Shown: in pieces, positions 19,851 through 29,774 of the stretch
Position numbering within the stretch: the first letter of the stretch is position 1
How the letters are laid out: every line of letters starts with the position of its first letter
Assembly (NCBI GenBank): GCA_015231825.1
Contig: JADGAV010000003.1
Coordinates: 178,954 to 242,953 of the forward strand
Direction: 5' to 3'
DNA length: 64,000 bases
From: SAR324 cluster bacterium
Lineage (GTDB): Bacteria > SAR324 > NAC60-12
Program-made: the position numbers and the translations under genes
The notes under the pieces: model-generated
The model's input: the letters and a program-made list of their open reading frames with translations, nothing else
Told to the model about the DNA's origin: nothing
Databases searched by the model: none

Positions 19851-22009
19851 ACTTCCTTTTTTCGGGGCTTGCGATCCCCGGAACAAAATTGAAAAATCCT
19901 AATAACAATGGATCTGATGCGGTTCAGTTTAACTTCATAGGGAAGCGGATTGTGCACAATTTCTGTGCGATAAAATGAAGGGCAAAGTGCGACGGTATGA
20001 GCTATCTCTCCGCACAATCCGCAGCCGACGCAATTATTGTCGACGGTGGCGACCGGGTCCCTGCGCAAGGGATCTTCACTTGCTTTGATCGTCAGGGAAG
20101 GACATCCGGAAAGTCTGATACACGAATGATCCCCTGTGCATACCGATGCATCAATGCCGAATCTGGTTTGAACGACACGCTTTCCTTCAAGGATTTTTTT
20201 TTGATTCTCCGGTTTAACTCGCCGTTGGCGCACCAACTGGCATTCTCCTTCCGCGAGAATAACTTTCAGTCCTCCTTCCTTGCTCGTCATCGCGGTACGC
20301 AGGATTTTGAGCATTTTCCTCACCTGGTAACTTGAGATTTTTCGAACCCAGCGGACTCCCAACCCTTTCAGCATGCTTTGAATCGAAATGTCTGAAAATT
20401 TATCTCCTGTTTTGTCATTCGAAGAAGGAATATACTGCTGCCCTGTTGCCGATGTGTAGCCGTTGTTGACGACCATCAGAATCGAATCGCTCTTCTTATT
20501 GAATTGACTATTGACCACACCGCTGGTCAGTCCGTTGTGCCAAAATCCGCCATCCCCCATGATACTGATTACACGTTTATCAAAGGCAGGACCGACCGCC
20601 GTGGAACCGGCCAGGGAGAGTCCATAACCCATCACGGTATTTCCTAGATTGAAAGGAGGCAGGGTAGAAAAAGTGTGACAGCCAATATCTGAACTGACAT
20701 GAACTTTGCCAAACTCTTTTTCCATGATTTTAATGGCGCTGAAGATGGGTCGTTCCGGACATCCTGTACAAAAACTGGGCGGTCTTTTGGGAACCGGCCG
20801 GGGACCGAGTTCCTTTGCAGCACGAAGAATATATTTTTTCACCCTCTGTATTTCAGCCGCAACAGGCCCCGCTTCAATCGCATGAGACCGGCTTTCACTG
20901 ACAAATTCAGCAATTCCTTCCAACAGTACCCGTCCGGTATACTCTCCTGCCATGGGCAAAAGGTTTTTTCCATAAACTGCCGTGTCTTGATTTTCTTTAC
21001 GGAGCAGCACATGCAGCGCTTGCTCCAGATAGTCAGGTTGTCCTTCCTCGATCATCAGCACGGCTTTTTTTCCCTGGCAAAACCCGGTCACTTCATCGGG
21101 AACAAGAGGATGAGTGACATTGAGCACCAGGAGCGGAATTCGGCACTGGCCGAAACTGTCCGCCAACCCCAATTGTTTGAGGGCCCGCAACACTGAATTG
21201 TAGAGTCCTCCCTGGAGAATGATGCCGACATCGTCGGCATCACCCGGAAAAATCTCATTGAGGCGATGCTTGCGAATAAAATCAACGGCCGCCGGCAGGC
21301 GAATTTCCACTTTGTGCTTTTCCTGGTGGTAGGTTCCCGGAGGAAGGCAAATGCGGTTGGGATCGAATTCGGGTTCACTGAGCAGATTTTTTCGCGAATA
21401 TTCCGGCGTTCTGTTTTCCTTGCAGACAAAACTTCCAAACACATGACAAGCGCGAATACGAAATTCCACCATCACCGGAGTATTGCTCGCTTCAGAAAGT
21501 TGAAAAGACTGTTCTATCAGGTCAACAAATTTTTCATGACCGGGTCGAGGATCGAGAAGCCATATCGAAGATTTCAGGGCAAAGGCATGGGAACGTTCCT
21601 GGATAATGCTCGCGCCCTCTCCATAGTCTTCTCCCACAATGATCACAGCACCCCCGACAACTCCAGCAGAGGCAAGGTTGGACAGTGCATCGGAGGCCAC
21701 ATTGGTCCCGACCACAGACTTCCAGGTTGCTGCCCCCCGAAGCGGATAATTGATCGAAGCACCCAGCATAGCAGCCGCGGCGGCTTCATTCGGACAATAC
21801 TCAAAATGGACCCCCAAATCATCGAGAATCTCTTCGGCCTCTCCGAGGACATCGATCAAATGAGAAATAGGCGCCCCCTGGTATCCACCAATATAGCTGA
21901 CACCAGACTGCAGCAGGGCCTTGGTGATGGCTAAAATGCCTTCTCCATAAAAGACCTCATTTTTCCCGAGCTTCAAAGACTCGATCTCTTTGGCAAATGA
22001 ACGTTCCAT
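19847..22009 (-). CDS. iorA: Indolepyruvate:ferredoxin oxidoreductase alpha-family subunit (TPP, 2x[4Fe-4S])
   Basis: GYQGAPIS, FCTGCPERP, SDIGCH, TPP motif GDGGFWHNG...NN, and C-terminal ferredoxin motifs CTGDHSC...GCP and CVGCGLCGE...CP. Confidence 0.93.
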   Translation of the reverse strand: MERSFAKEIESLKLGKNEVFYGEGILAITKALLQSGVSYIGGYQGAPISHLIDVLGEAEEILDDLGVHFEYCPNEAAAAAMLGASINYPLRGAATWKSVVGTNVASDALSNLASAGVVGGAVIIVGEDYGEGASIIQERSHAFALKSSIWLLDPRPGHEKFVDLIEQSFQLSEASNTPVMVEFRIRACHVFGSFVCKENRTPEYSRKNLLSEPEFDPNRICLPPGTYHQEKHKVEIRLPAAVDFIRKHRLNEIFPGDADDVGIILQGGLYNSVLRALKQLGLADSFGQCRIPLLVLNVTHPLVPDEVTGFCQGKKAVLMIEEGQPDYLEQALHVLLRKENQDTAVYGKNLLPMAGEYTGRVLLEGIAEFVSESRSHAIEAGPVAAEIQRVKKYILRAAKELGPRPVPKRPPSFCTGCPERPIFSAIKIMEKEFGKVHVSSDIGCHTFSTLPPFNLGNTVMGYGLSLAGSTAVGPAFDKRVISIMGDGGFWHNGLTSGVVNSQFNKKSDSILMVVNNGYTSATGQQYIPSSNDKTGDKFSDISIQSMLKGLGVRWVRKISSYQVRKMLKILRTAMTSKEGGLKVILAEGECQLVRQRRVKPENQKKILEGKRVVQTRFGIDASVCTGDHSCIRLSGCPSLTIKASEDPLRRDPVATVDNNCVGCGLCGEIAHTVALCPSFYRTEIVHNPLPYEVKLNRIRSIVIRIFQFCSGDRKPRKKEV

Positions 22010-22430
22010 CTCTCTCCGGAATTGAACCGCAAAATTTCTGATATTCTTTTTTCAGCGATCTGACTTCAATCAACACTTCCTCCGAGCCGGGAAAAGCAAT
22101 TCAATTTCAGACGCAACAGAAGACGCAGATTCTTTTAACTTTTCCTGGGATCCGCTAAAAACTGAGAACTATATTCAATTTTGTCGGCAATGAAAGTCAA
22201 TTCAATTGTTTAGTTTTTTATGAACTTTACCCTATGGTCGTATGGTCATTCAGAGACAAATCCCCGCCTAATCACGATTTATTCGAAATCTCAGCAATTT
22301 CGCCGCAGATCACACTTCCCAATTATGTTTTGAAACAAATCCCAATACGCTGAAATGATGAATTTAATCAATTGTTCACCTTTTCCGAAGCATCAAGGTC
22401 TGTCAGTTTTTCTCATTTAAAAAATTGGAA

Positions 22431-22463
22431 TTGACAACTGATCGTGGCAAAATTAGTATACCA
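22431..22463 (+). promoter_or_regulatory. Sigma70-type promoter with an overlapping GntR-like dyad
   Basis: TTGACA (22431-22436), 17-nt spacer, TAGTAT (22454-22459). The -10 box lies inside the imperfect palindrome TTAGTATACCAA. It precedes the binding protein-kinase genes. Confidence 0.6.
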
Positions 22464-22612
22464 AATTTCCCCAAATGGGGTATTTTATTTAATTCTTGAA
22501 AAATTTTCCATCGGGGATAACAAGAAGTATCCTTTGAATCGACTATTCTCATCCCTGATTTACATCAAAGCAAAAGTGGGCAAAACAAGTCAATTTTCAG
22601 TTGGAGGAATGA

Positions 22613-23779
22613 ATGATGGGATTTCTTAAGGGAACTTCATCGAGGCTGCTCACCGCAGCAGTTTTTTTGCTTCTGATCTCCGTTATTTTATATTCTGTCT
22701 GGTCGGACTTTAACAAACCGGCGGACCCGATAAAGATTGGACTGTCAAATACATTAACCGGACCGGCTTCGACCTCTGGAATCCACTCCAGGAACGCGGT
22801 CATCTTGGCCGTAGATCAAATCAACAAGTCCGGAGGCATCAAAGGCCGCCCATTGGAACTGATCATCAAAGACGACAAAGGTCAGGCAGATGAAGCAGTG
22901 AGAGTCGATCGCGAACTGATAAATGAAGGAGTGATCGGTATCATTGGTCACTACCTCAGTACTCTCAGTGTGAAAGCGGCCGGGATTGTCAGTGAAAGCC
23001 GGGTGCCGATGATCTCCACCGGGGCCACGACTCCTGAACTGGGCCGACTGGATGACTTTTTTCTACGTTTGATGGTGCCCGACAATCTGCGAACCCAGTT
23101 TTTTGCAGACCTGGTGTACGAGCGGCTGAAAATCAAAACGATGGCAATCATTACAGACCTTTCCAATCCCAATTACACCATTCCCTTCAGCCGGCATTTC
23201 AGAAAAAACTTCACGGAGCTGGGAGGGAGCATTTCATCTGCAGTCCGTTTTAATTCGCTAGAAAAGTATTCGGCGTCCGAAATAGCCAATCAGGTGACCG
23301 CATCAAATTCAGATGGTGTCCTTCTTGTCACCAATGCGATCAATGGTGCACTGCTCAGCCAGCGGTTGAGAATCATTGACCCGGAAATTAAACTGATTGT
23401 CTCCCCCTGGGCACTGCCCGAAGTAGATTTCATCAAAAACGGCGGTCAGGCGATTGAGGGTGCAATCAGTCTGGTCGAGCTCGACCTCGAATCTTCAAAT
23501 TCAAAATTTCGTACTTTCCGGGCGCAGTATCAAACACGATACAACGAGGAACTCAGCCTCAATGGCTACGTGGCATATGAAGCAGCACAGATTTTTTTTG
23601 AAGCTCTGGCGAAAACAGAAAATCCGGCAGACCTAAAAAAAAACATCCTCGAACAAGGCAATTTTGAAGGCCTGATCGATCAGATCACCCTCGATTCGTT
23701 TGGTGATCCCATCCGTCCTCTCTATATTGTTGAAGTGCAGAATTCTTTGATCAGGACAATTGGAAAAATGGAAAGATAA
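22613..23779 (+). CDS. Membrane-anchored/periplasmic LivK-type substrate-binding protein associated with a sensor kinase
   Basis: N-terminal TM, PIKIGLSNTLTGP, AVDQINKSGGIKGRPLELIIKDD and FEGLIDQITLDSFGD. Stop lies 4 nt before the kinase start. Confidence 0.88.
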   Translation: MMGFLKGTSSRLLTAAVFLLLISVILYSVWSDFNKPADPIKIGLSNTLTGPASTSGIHSRNAVILAVDQINKSGGIKGRPLELIIKDDKGQADEAVRVDRELINEGVIGIIGHYLSTLSVKAAGIVSESRVPMISTGATTPELGRLDDFFLRLMVPDNLRTQFFADLVYERLKIKTMAIITDLSNPNYTIPFSRHFRKNFTELGGSISSAVRFNSLEKYSASEIANQVTASNSDGVLLVTNAINGALLSQRLRIIDPEIKLIVSPWALPEVDFIKNGGQAIEGAISLVELDLESSNSKFRTFRAQYQTRYNEELSLNGYVAYEAAQIFFEALAKTENPADLKKNILEQGNFEGLIDQITLDSFGDPIRPLYIVEVQNSLIRTIGKMER

Positions 23780-23783
23780 GCCA

Positions 23784-26402
23784 ATGAAACACTTGAGCCT
23801 GAAAACGACATTGATCTGGAGCTTTGTTTTTGTTGCCGCAATTCCATTGATCGTTACTTCAATCTGGGTTTCCCGGGAACTGGAGCTCGAAATTGAAAAA
23901 GAGACTGCAGAAAAGAATAACTTGCTGACCGCATCAATTGTCAAAGAGGTTGAGCAGTTTATTGAAATGGCTGTCCTGCATCTGGAACAAGTGGCGGACC
24001 TGTATGATCAGGGAATGATCGTTTCCGAGAAAATAGACGAATATTTCGAATTGCTGGTGCATCATGATGACATTTTTGACTCGGTTGAAATTATCAGTCC
24101 TCAAGGTTATATAGCAAATATATTTCCTTTTGATGAAAATTCCATTGGCCTGGACGTTTCAAATCAGAACTATTTCCAGGAGTATCTAAAAACAAAGGCC
24201 ATTTACTGGTCAAAAATTTCGATTTCCCTGCAAACCGGAGAGCCGACCCTGACTTTGAGCCTGCCTATCTCGGAAGGGATCCTGCTCGGGCACCTCAACC
24301 TATCCTCCCTCAGTCGAATCACTGACAGGTTTAAACTGGGAATCAGAGATTTTGCTCAAATCACCGACAACAGAGGAAATATTATCGCCGGCCCGGACAA
24401 GGCCCTGATTCGGGAAAGATATAATGCAAGTTATCTCAAACCCATTCAGGAAGGGTTGACAGGAAATTCAGGAACCTATCAATACCAATTCAATGAAACC
24501 GAATGGACCGCCAGTGTTGCCATCGTAGCAAGCAACGGGTGGATCGTCACCTACTCTCAACCGACGGAAGACATCGTTGCTCCTGTCGAGGCAATGGAAA
24601 GTCTTGTGCTCAGCGGCCTTGTCGCGGCGATTCTGACGGCAGCATTCATTGCCGCGATCTGTTTGAGGTATCTGTTGACACCGCTGAATTATCTGGTTGA
24701 AGAATCGAAAGGCATCACCCAGGGAAATTTCTCGGCAAGATTCCAAAGAGGATATTTTCCAGAACTGGAGCAGCTGGCCAATGCCCTCAACAGGATGCTT
24801 GAAACCATCAAAGAAAGAGAGACGGCTCTGCAGGAAGAAGTGTCAGTTAGAATCCAGGCGGAAAACAACTTAAAAAACAATCAGGCCCATCTGCAGGCAA
24901 TACTTGACCATTCACCCTTCCTCATTTCCATAAAAAATACGTCAGGTGATTTTCTGCTTGTCAATCAAAAGTTCGATATTCTGGAAGGCCCTTCTCCAGA
25001 AGAATTCGTCGGTAGAAACGCTTTGGATTTTTTTCCCAAAGAGGTTGCCAGCAAATTATGGAAAAATGATATGGCAACGTTAAAGAGAGAAAGTGCCGAA
25101 GAATTTGAAATAGAATTAAAACATAAAGATGGGACATGGCATACTTACTCAAGCATTAAATTTCCTTTGAAAGACGAGGAAGGCAAAATCTGGGGGATTT
25201 GTACTTTTTCTTCAGATATTTCAGAAAAAAAGAAATTCGAAGAAGAAAAAACAGAATTGGAAGGCCAGCTCAATCAGGCGCAGAAAATTGAATCAATCGG
25301 AACTTTAGCTGCGGGCATTGCCCATGATTTCAACAACATCCTGGCAGCCATTCTGGGCTATGCAGAACTTGCCTTAAATGAAATTGATGAACCCCAGCTT
25401 CTGGAAAATGACCTCAAAGAGATTATCCAGGGCAGCAGGCGTGCCAAAGAACTGGTGGAACAGATTCTTGTGTTCAGTAGAAAAAACGAATTGGAGTTGC
25501 GTCCCCTGAGAGCGCAACTGATTGTCAAAGAAGCCATGAAACTTCTGCGTTCTTCAATTCCTTCCACCATTGAGATCAGGCAAAATATCGATCCAAATTG
25601 CAAGGCGATACTCGCGGATCCTTCACAAATTCATCAAGTTGTTATGAATCTGTGCACCAATGCCTTTCACGCCATGGCCGAGTCAGGGGGATTGCTTACA
25701 GTGAACTTGAACATGACACAATTGGAAGCCGACAAGACCGAAATGATCCCGCTTAAATCCGGCTCTTATCTGAAACTTGAGATCAGTGATTCCGGACTTG
25801 GCATTTCAAAAGACATTCTGGAAAATATTTTTGAACCCTATTTCACAACCAAAGAAAAAGGAAGAGGAACCGGTCTTGGTCTTGCCGTTGTTTACGGGAT
25901 TGTCACTCGTCTAAACGGACGTATCTCCGTTGTCAGTCAACCCGGAAAAGGGTCGACATTCACCATTGTACTGCCGACAATTTATGAACCAAAAATTGCT
26001 GATCCGGAAGAACACTCAACTGATCTTCCAAGAGGTAAGGAACGGATCCTCTTTGTTGATGATGAACCCAGCATCGTTCAATTGAACCAAAAAGTGCTCT
26101 CCAAACTGGGCTATCAGGTCACTGCTTTTACCCATTCACCGGATGCCCTGCTATTGTTCCAAAAAAATCCGGAAGCCTTTGATCTTCTCATCACGGACAT
26201 GACAATGCCCAAGCTGACTGGAACCGAACTTGCCGGCCTAATCCGCAAAACACGCCCCAATCTGCCGATAATTCTGTGTTCCGGGTACAGCGATAATTTC
26301 AGTCCTGAAGATGCGCAGCAGCAGGGTGTTCACTTTATGAAGAAACCCCTTAATCTAAAAGACCTGGCAAACACTGTTCGAAAGCTTGCCGACTCCACAT
26401 GA
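23784..26402 (+). CDS. Hybrid sensor histidine kinase (TM-dCache-TM-HAMP-PAS-HisKA-HATPase-REC)
   Basis: H-box GIAHDFNNIL, N-box QVVMNLCTNA, EPYFTTKEKGRGTGLGL, receiver ILFVDDE...LITDMTMP...KP. Start moved to ATG 23784. Confidence 0.94.
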   Translation: MKHLSLKTTLIWSFVFVAAIPLIVTSIWVSRELELEIEKETAEKNNLLTASIVKEVEQFIEMAVLHLEQVADLYDQGMIVSEKIDEYFELLVHHDDIFDSVEIISPQGYIANIFPFDENSIGLDVSNQNYFQEYLKTKAIYWSKISISLQTGEPTLTLSLPISEGILLGHLNLSSLSRITDRFKLGIRDFAQITDNRGNIIAGPDKALIRERYNASYLKPIQEGLTGNSGTYQYQFNETEWTASVAIVASNGWIVTYSQPTEDIVAPVEAMESLVLSGLVAAILTAAFIAAICLRYLLTPLNYLVEESKGITQGNFSARFQRGYFPELEQLANALNRMLETIKERETALQEEVSVRIQAENNLKNNQAHLQAILDHSPFLISIKNTSGDFLLVNQKFDILEGPSPEEFVGRNALDFFPKEVASKLWKNDMATLKRESAEEFEIELKHKDGTWHTYSSIKFPLKDEEGKIWGICTFSSDISEKKKFEEEKTELEGQLNQAQKIESIGTLAAGIAHDFNNILAAILGYAELALNEIDEPQLLENDLKEIIQGSRRAKELVEQILVFSRKNELELRPLRAQLIVKEAMKLLRSSIPSTIEIRQNIDPNCKAILADPSQIHQVVMNLCTNAFHAMAESGGLLTVNLNMTQLEADKTEMIPLKSGSYLKLEISDSGLGISKDILENIFEPYFTTKEKGRGTGLGLAVVYGIVTRLNGRISVVSQPGKGSTFTIVLPTIYEPKIADPEEHSTDLPRGKERILFVDDEPSIVQLNQKVLSKLGYQVTAFTHSPDALLLFQKNPEAFDLLITDMTMPKLTGTELAGLIRKTRPNLPIILCSGYSDNFSPEDAQQQGVHFMKKPLNLKDLANTVRKLADST

Positions 26403-26662
26403 ATACACGTCCGCTTTTCTTCTGTTCAATTACAAGCTCCTTTTTTTGCCAAATCATGGTCTGGTTTTGCTCGCCTTTTTTCCCGAAAAATGTTTTTGAT
26501 TGTCAGATAAGCAAGGCGGTCATCATAAATTCAATTTCCATCTTAAAAACTCAAAATCCGCCTGTTTGCCGGCTGAACAATATTGGGAAGCAAACAAGGC
26601 AGCGGAATTTGAGTACCTGTTGACAAGTAACGTTCAACTAAAAACCAGAGAGGAGTATCACA

Positions 26663-28093
26663 ATGGGCAATTCAAGAATTTCCGGAAAATATCGAGAACC
26701 GATTCTTGCTTCGGGACTGGAGCAAAATTCCCTGACAAGCTGGCTGGATTCGATTGATTCCTTCAAGCTTCCCGGTGAAGCGGGCGCAGAACGTCTGGAA
26801 TCCGATGCAGGAACGGCGGGTGGCCTGATTCAACAAGGCTGGGATTTTTGCAGCAGACTTCCGGTAAAATCAAAGCGGTCCCTGAAAGAACGCACGGCCG
26901 GAGAATCTGTTGTAGAACTGATCAGGATCGTAGCCCGTCAGTTCTGCCAACCCCATCGCAAAGCCATCTATCAAAAATTGACAAATGACTTTTCACAATT
27001 TCTGAGAGTGGACGAGATTGCCGAAAAGTCGGCGGAACTTTGGCCGGGGATCATGCCTTCCAGAAAAGATCTGGCTCAGGAAGCGGAGAGAATGCAGCTG
27101 GATAAAGATGGTTTGGAACTGCTGCAGGGAATTTTCTTTTCTCAGCTGCTTTCGGAACCGGAAGCAGGAATTCACATGCTGCAGGCTATGCTCCGCCCCA
27201 AACCGGAATCTCTCGAACGATTGAAAGCCTTTCAGCAGGACGGTGTTCTGCAGCTGGATCATGCTCGCCTTGAAAATCGTGATGGCGTCGCTTTCATCGA
27301 CTTGATCAATACCCGTTACCTCAATGCAGAAGATGATGCTTCGATCATTGACCACGAAACAGCAATTGATCTTGCATTGCTTCATCCAGAGATCAAGATG
27401 GGAGTGCTCCGCGGCTCTGTTGTCGATCACCCCCGGTATAAAGGACGACGGGTTTTTGATTCTGGAATCAATCTGACCAAGATCTATCACGGGAAACTCT
27501 CGTTTCTCTTTTACCTCAACCGCGACTGGGGAATGATCAACAAACTATATTACGGAATTGCAGGGAATGCTCCCTGGGAAGAATGCAAGCCGGAAAATAC
27601 TTCTGAAATCCCCTGGATCGCTGCAGTCGAGAGTTTCGCCATAGGCGGAGGATGTCAAACCCTGCTGGTCGTCGACTATGTGATTGCCGAATCAGGCTCC
27701 TACTTCAACCTGCCTGCCCGTAAAGAAGGAATTATTCCGGGGGCTGCCAATTTGAGATTGGCCCGTTTTCTGGGAGAACGAATGGCTCGGCAGGCGATCA
27801 TGTTTGATAAGACATTTTATGTGGAAAGCCCGGAAGCCGCCGGGTTGATCAATGAGGTCGTTCCCCGGGAACAAATGGATCAGGTGATTCAACGCACGGT
27901 TGACAACGCGCTGGGTTCAGGGATGGTGAGCGCCGCAGGAAACCGTAAAGCGCTTCGGGTGCAGCAGGAGTCTCTGGATAGTTTCCGCCGCTACATGACA
28001 ACTTATGTCGAAATCCAATCACAATGCCATCTTAGCGGTCAATTGATTCACAATCTGGAAAAACACTGGAATGCCAAAGAAAAAAAATTATAG
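26663..28093 (+). CDS. dpgC: DpgC-like cofactor-independent arylacetyl-CoA 1,2-dioxygenase (crotonase superfamily with N-terminal helical extension)
   Basis: DpgC-type motifs along the whole length: IYQKLT...LRVDE, KDGLELLQGIFF, HMLQAMLRP, LNAEDD, ETAIDLALL, HPRYKGRRVFDSGINL, PWIAAVESFAIGGGCQTLLV, LPARKEGIIPGAANLRL and F-RY. Strong RBS GAGGAG. Confidence 0.88.
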   Translation: MGNSRISGKYREPILASGLEQNSLTSWLDSIDSFKLPGEAGAERLESDAGTAGGLIQQGWDFCSRLPVKSKRSLKERTAGESVVELIRIVARQFCQPHRKAIYQKLTNDFSQFLRVDEIAEKSAELWPGIMPSRKDLAQEAERMQLDKDGLELLQGIFFSQLLSEPEAGIHMLQAMLRPKPESLERLKAFQQDGVLQLDHARLENRDGVAFIDLINTRYLNAEDDASIIDHETAIDLALLHPEIKMGVLRGSVVDHPRYKGRRVFDSGINLTKIYHGKLSFLFYLNRDWGMINKLYYGIAGNAPWEECKPENTSEIPWIAAVESFAIGGGCQTLLVVDYVIAESGSYFNLPARKEGIIPGAANLRLARFLGERMARQAIMFDKTFYVESPEAAGLINEVVPREQMDQVIQRTVDNALGSGMVSAAGNRKALRVQQESLDSFRRYMTTYVEIQSQCHLSGQLIHNLEKHWNAKEKKL

Positions 28094-28097
28094 GAAA

Positions 28098-29657
28098 TCA
28101 ATGAATTCGTTTTTCTCTTCCTTTCCAGAAAGGTTCTCTCAATTTGTTTTTCAAAATTTTCCCTGCACCGCTCAAAGGAAGTGGTTCTCCGCGAAATTCC
28201 ACGTTTCTGGGGATCTTGAATCCCCCCAATTTTCCGGTGCAGAAATCTATAATTTCCTTTTCTTCCGCATTGGATCCTTCTTTGAGAACAACGATGGCAT
28301 GCACCACTTCTCCCCACTGCTCATCGGGAATACCAACTACAGCACAGGAAGCGACGGCAGGATGCTGATAAATCACATTTTCTATTTCAACCGAATAAAT
28401 GTTTTCTCCCCCGGAGATAATCATGTCTTTCAAGCGGTCTGAAATATAGACAAACCCATCCTCGTCCATATAGCCCGCATCCTGTGAGTGCATCCAACCT
28501 TCGCGAATGGCGTTTGCGGTTTCTTCCGGACGTTTCCAGTAGCCTTTCATCACGTTGTCTCCCTTGACAATGACTTCACCCACCACCCCTCGTGGAACCT
28601 CTCTGCCGTCTTCATCCACAATTTTGACTTCAATGCTGGGAATAGCTCGTCCTGCCGATTTAATTTTTGAATTCGGTCCGTCCAGCGTATGGAATTTTGA
28701 AGGAAGAATGGTAGCAAGAGGGGAAAGCTCTGTCATTCCATAAGCCTGATTGAAGGTGCAATGGGGGATTTCCACCATAGCCTTCCTGATCACTTCTTCC
28801 GGCATCGGAGAAGCGCCATAAATAATTTTCTGCAGATGAGACAAATCGTAATTTCGGATCAAGGGATGATTCACCGTCATATTGATCATCGTAGGGACAA
28901 TCAGCGTATGAGTCACTTTCTCTGCTTCAAACACTTTGAGCATCGCTTCCGGTTCAAATCTAGGCATGAAAACGTGCAGTCCCTGAACCATGGTGATGCT
29001 GCCCGTCGAACAGATATCGGCAGCATGAAACATCGGTGCCGCATGCAGATAGACCGAGTCGCTGCTGTAATCAAACATCATCAGGGTGTTCAAATTGTTG
29101 AAAACCAAATTGTGATTCGTCAGCATCACTCCTTTGGGCAGCCCGGTGGTGCCTCCGGTATAAAACAGTCCTGCTACATCATCACTGTCGGAGGCCGCAT
29201 CAGGAATCGCATCTGCCGCATTCAGAATTTTTTCGAAATGATGAGTCCCATCGGCGGGCTTTTCCTGATCGGTAATATGAATAATCTCTTTGACCGATTC
29301 AAGCTTGCCTTCAAAATCAGCAAGCATGCCCACGAAGGTGTCATCCACCAGGAGAATTTCTGTCTCTGAATCATTGAGCATAAAAATCAGTTCAGGTGGC
29401 GAGAGGCGAATGTTGAGGGGAACCATGATCGCCCCTGCCCAGGGAACCGCATAATAATACTGCAGATAACAATCGCTGTTCAACGCCAAAATAGCGACTC
29501 GTCCTCGCTCGCTCAAGCCCAGATTTTTGAACGCTCCGGCAAGCTTGCTGATACGCGACCCCAATTCGCTCCAAGTGTACCTGCGAGTCCCGTCAACCGT
29601 GGCGACACGTGATCCATTCATCTGCATTGCGTTCTTCAACCCTTGCGTGATATACAT
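28098..29657 (-). CDS. Acyl-CoA ligase (FadD-like AMP-binding enzyme)
   Basis: YTGGTTGLPKGVML, APMFHAA, YGMTE, DRLKDMIISGGENIY and LPLSGAGKILK. Confidence 0.93.
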   Translation of the reverse strand: MYITQGLKNAMQMNGSRVATVDGTRRYTWSELGSRISKLAGAFKNLGLSERGRVAILALNSDCYLQYYYAVPWAGAIMVPLNIRLSPPELIFMLNDSETEILLVDDTFVGMLADFEGKLESVKEIIHITDQEKPADGTHHFEKILNAADAIPDAASDSDDVAGLFYTGGTTGLPKGVMLTNHNLVFNNLNTLMMFDYSSDSVYLHAAPMFHAADICSTGSITMVQGLHVFMPRFEPEAMLKVFEAEKVTHTLIVPTMINMTVNHPLIRNYDLSHLQKIIYGASPMPEEVIRKAMVEIPHCTFNQAYGMTELSPLATILPSKFHTLDGPNSKIKSAGRAIPSIEVKIVDEDGREVPRGVVGEVIVKGDNVMKGYWKRPEETANAIREGWMHSQDAGYMDEDGFVYISDRLKDMIISGGENIYSVEIENVIYQHPAVASCAVVGIPDEQWGEVVHAIVVLKEGSNAEEKEIIDFCTGKLGGFKIPRNVEFRGEPLPLSGAGKILKNKLREPFWKGREKRIH

Positions 29658-29774
29658 TTTTTCTCCGGTTCTTTAGTAACATGACTGGTCTGTTCACATT
29701 CTCTGAATGCGAGCAGCACCCTTCACTTTGTTGTACAATATCCCTGATCTGCAGTTGCTCTATCTAAAAGTTTG

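Noticed and set aside
26663-29657. Glycopeptide/dihydroxyphenylglycine biosynthetic cluster
   Set aside because: No dpgA/B/D, aminotransferase, NRPS condensation domain or carrier protein. The AMP-binding proteins look like stand-alone CoA ligases.
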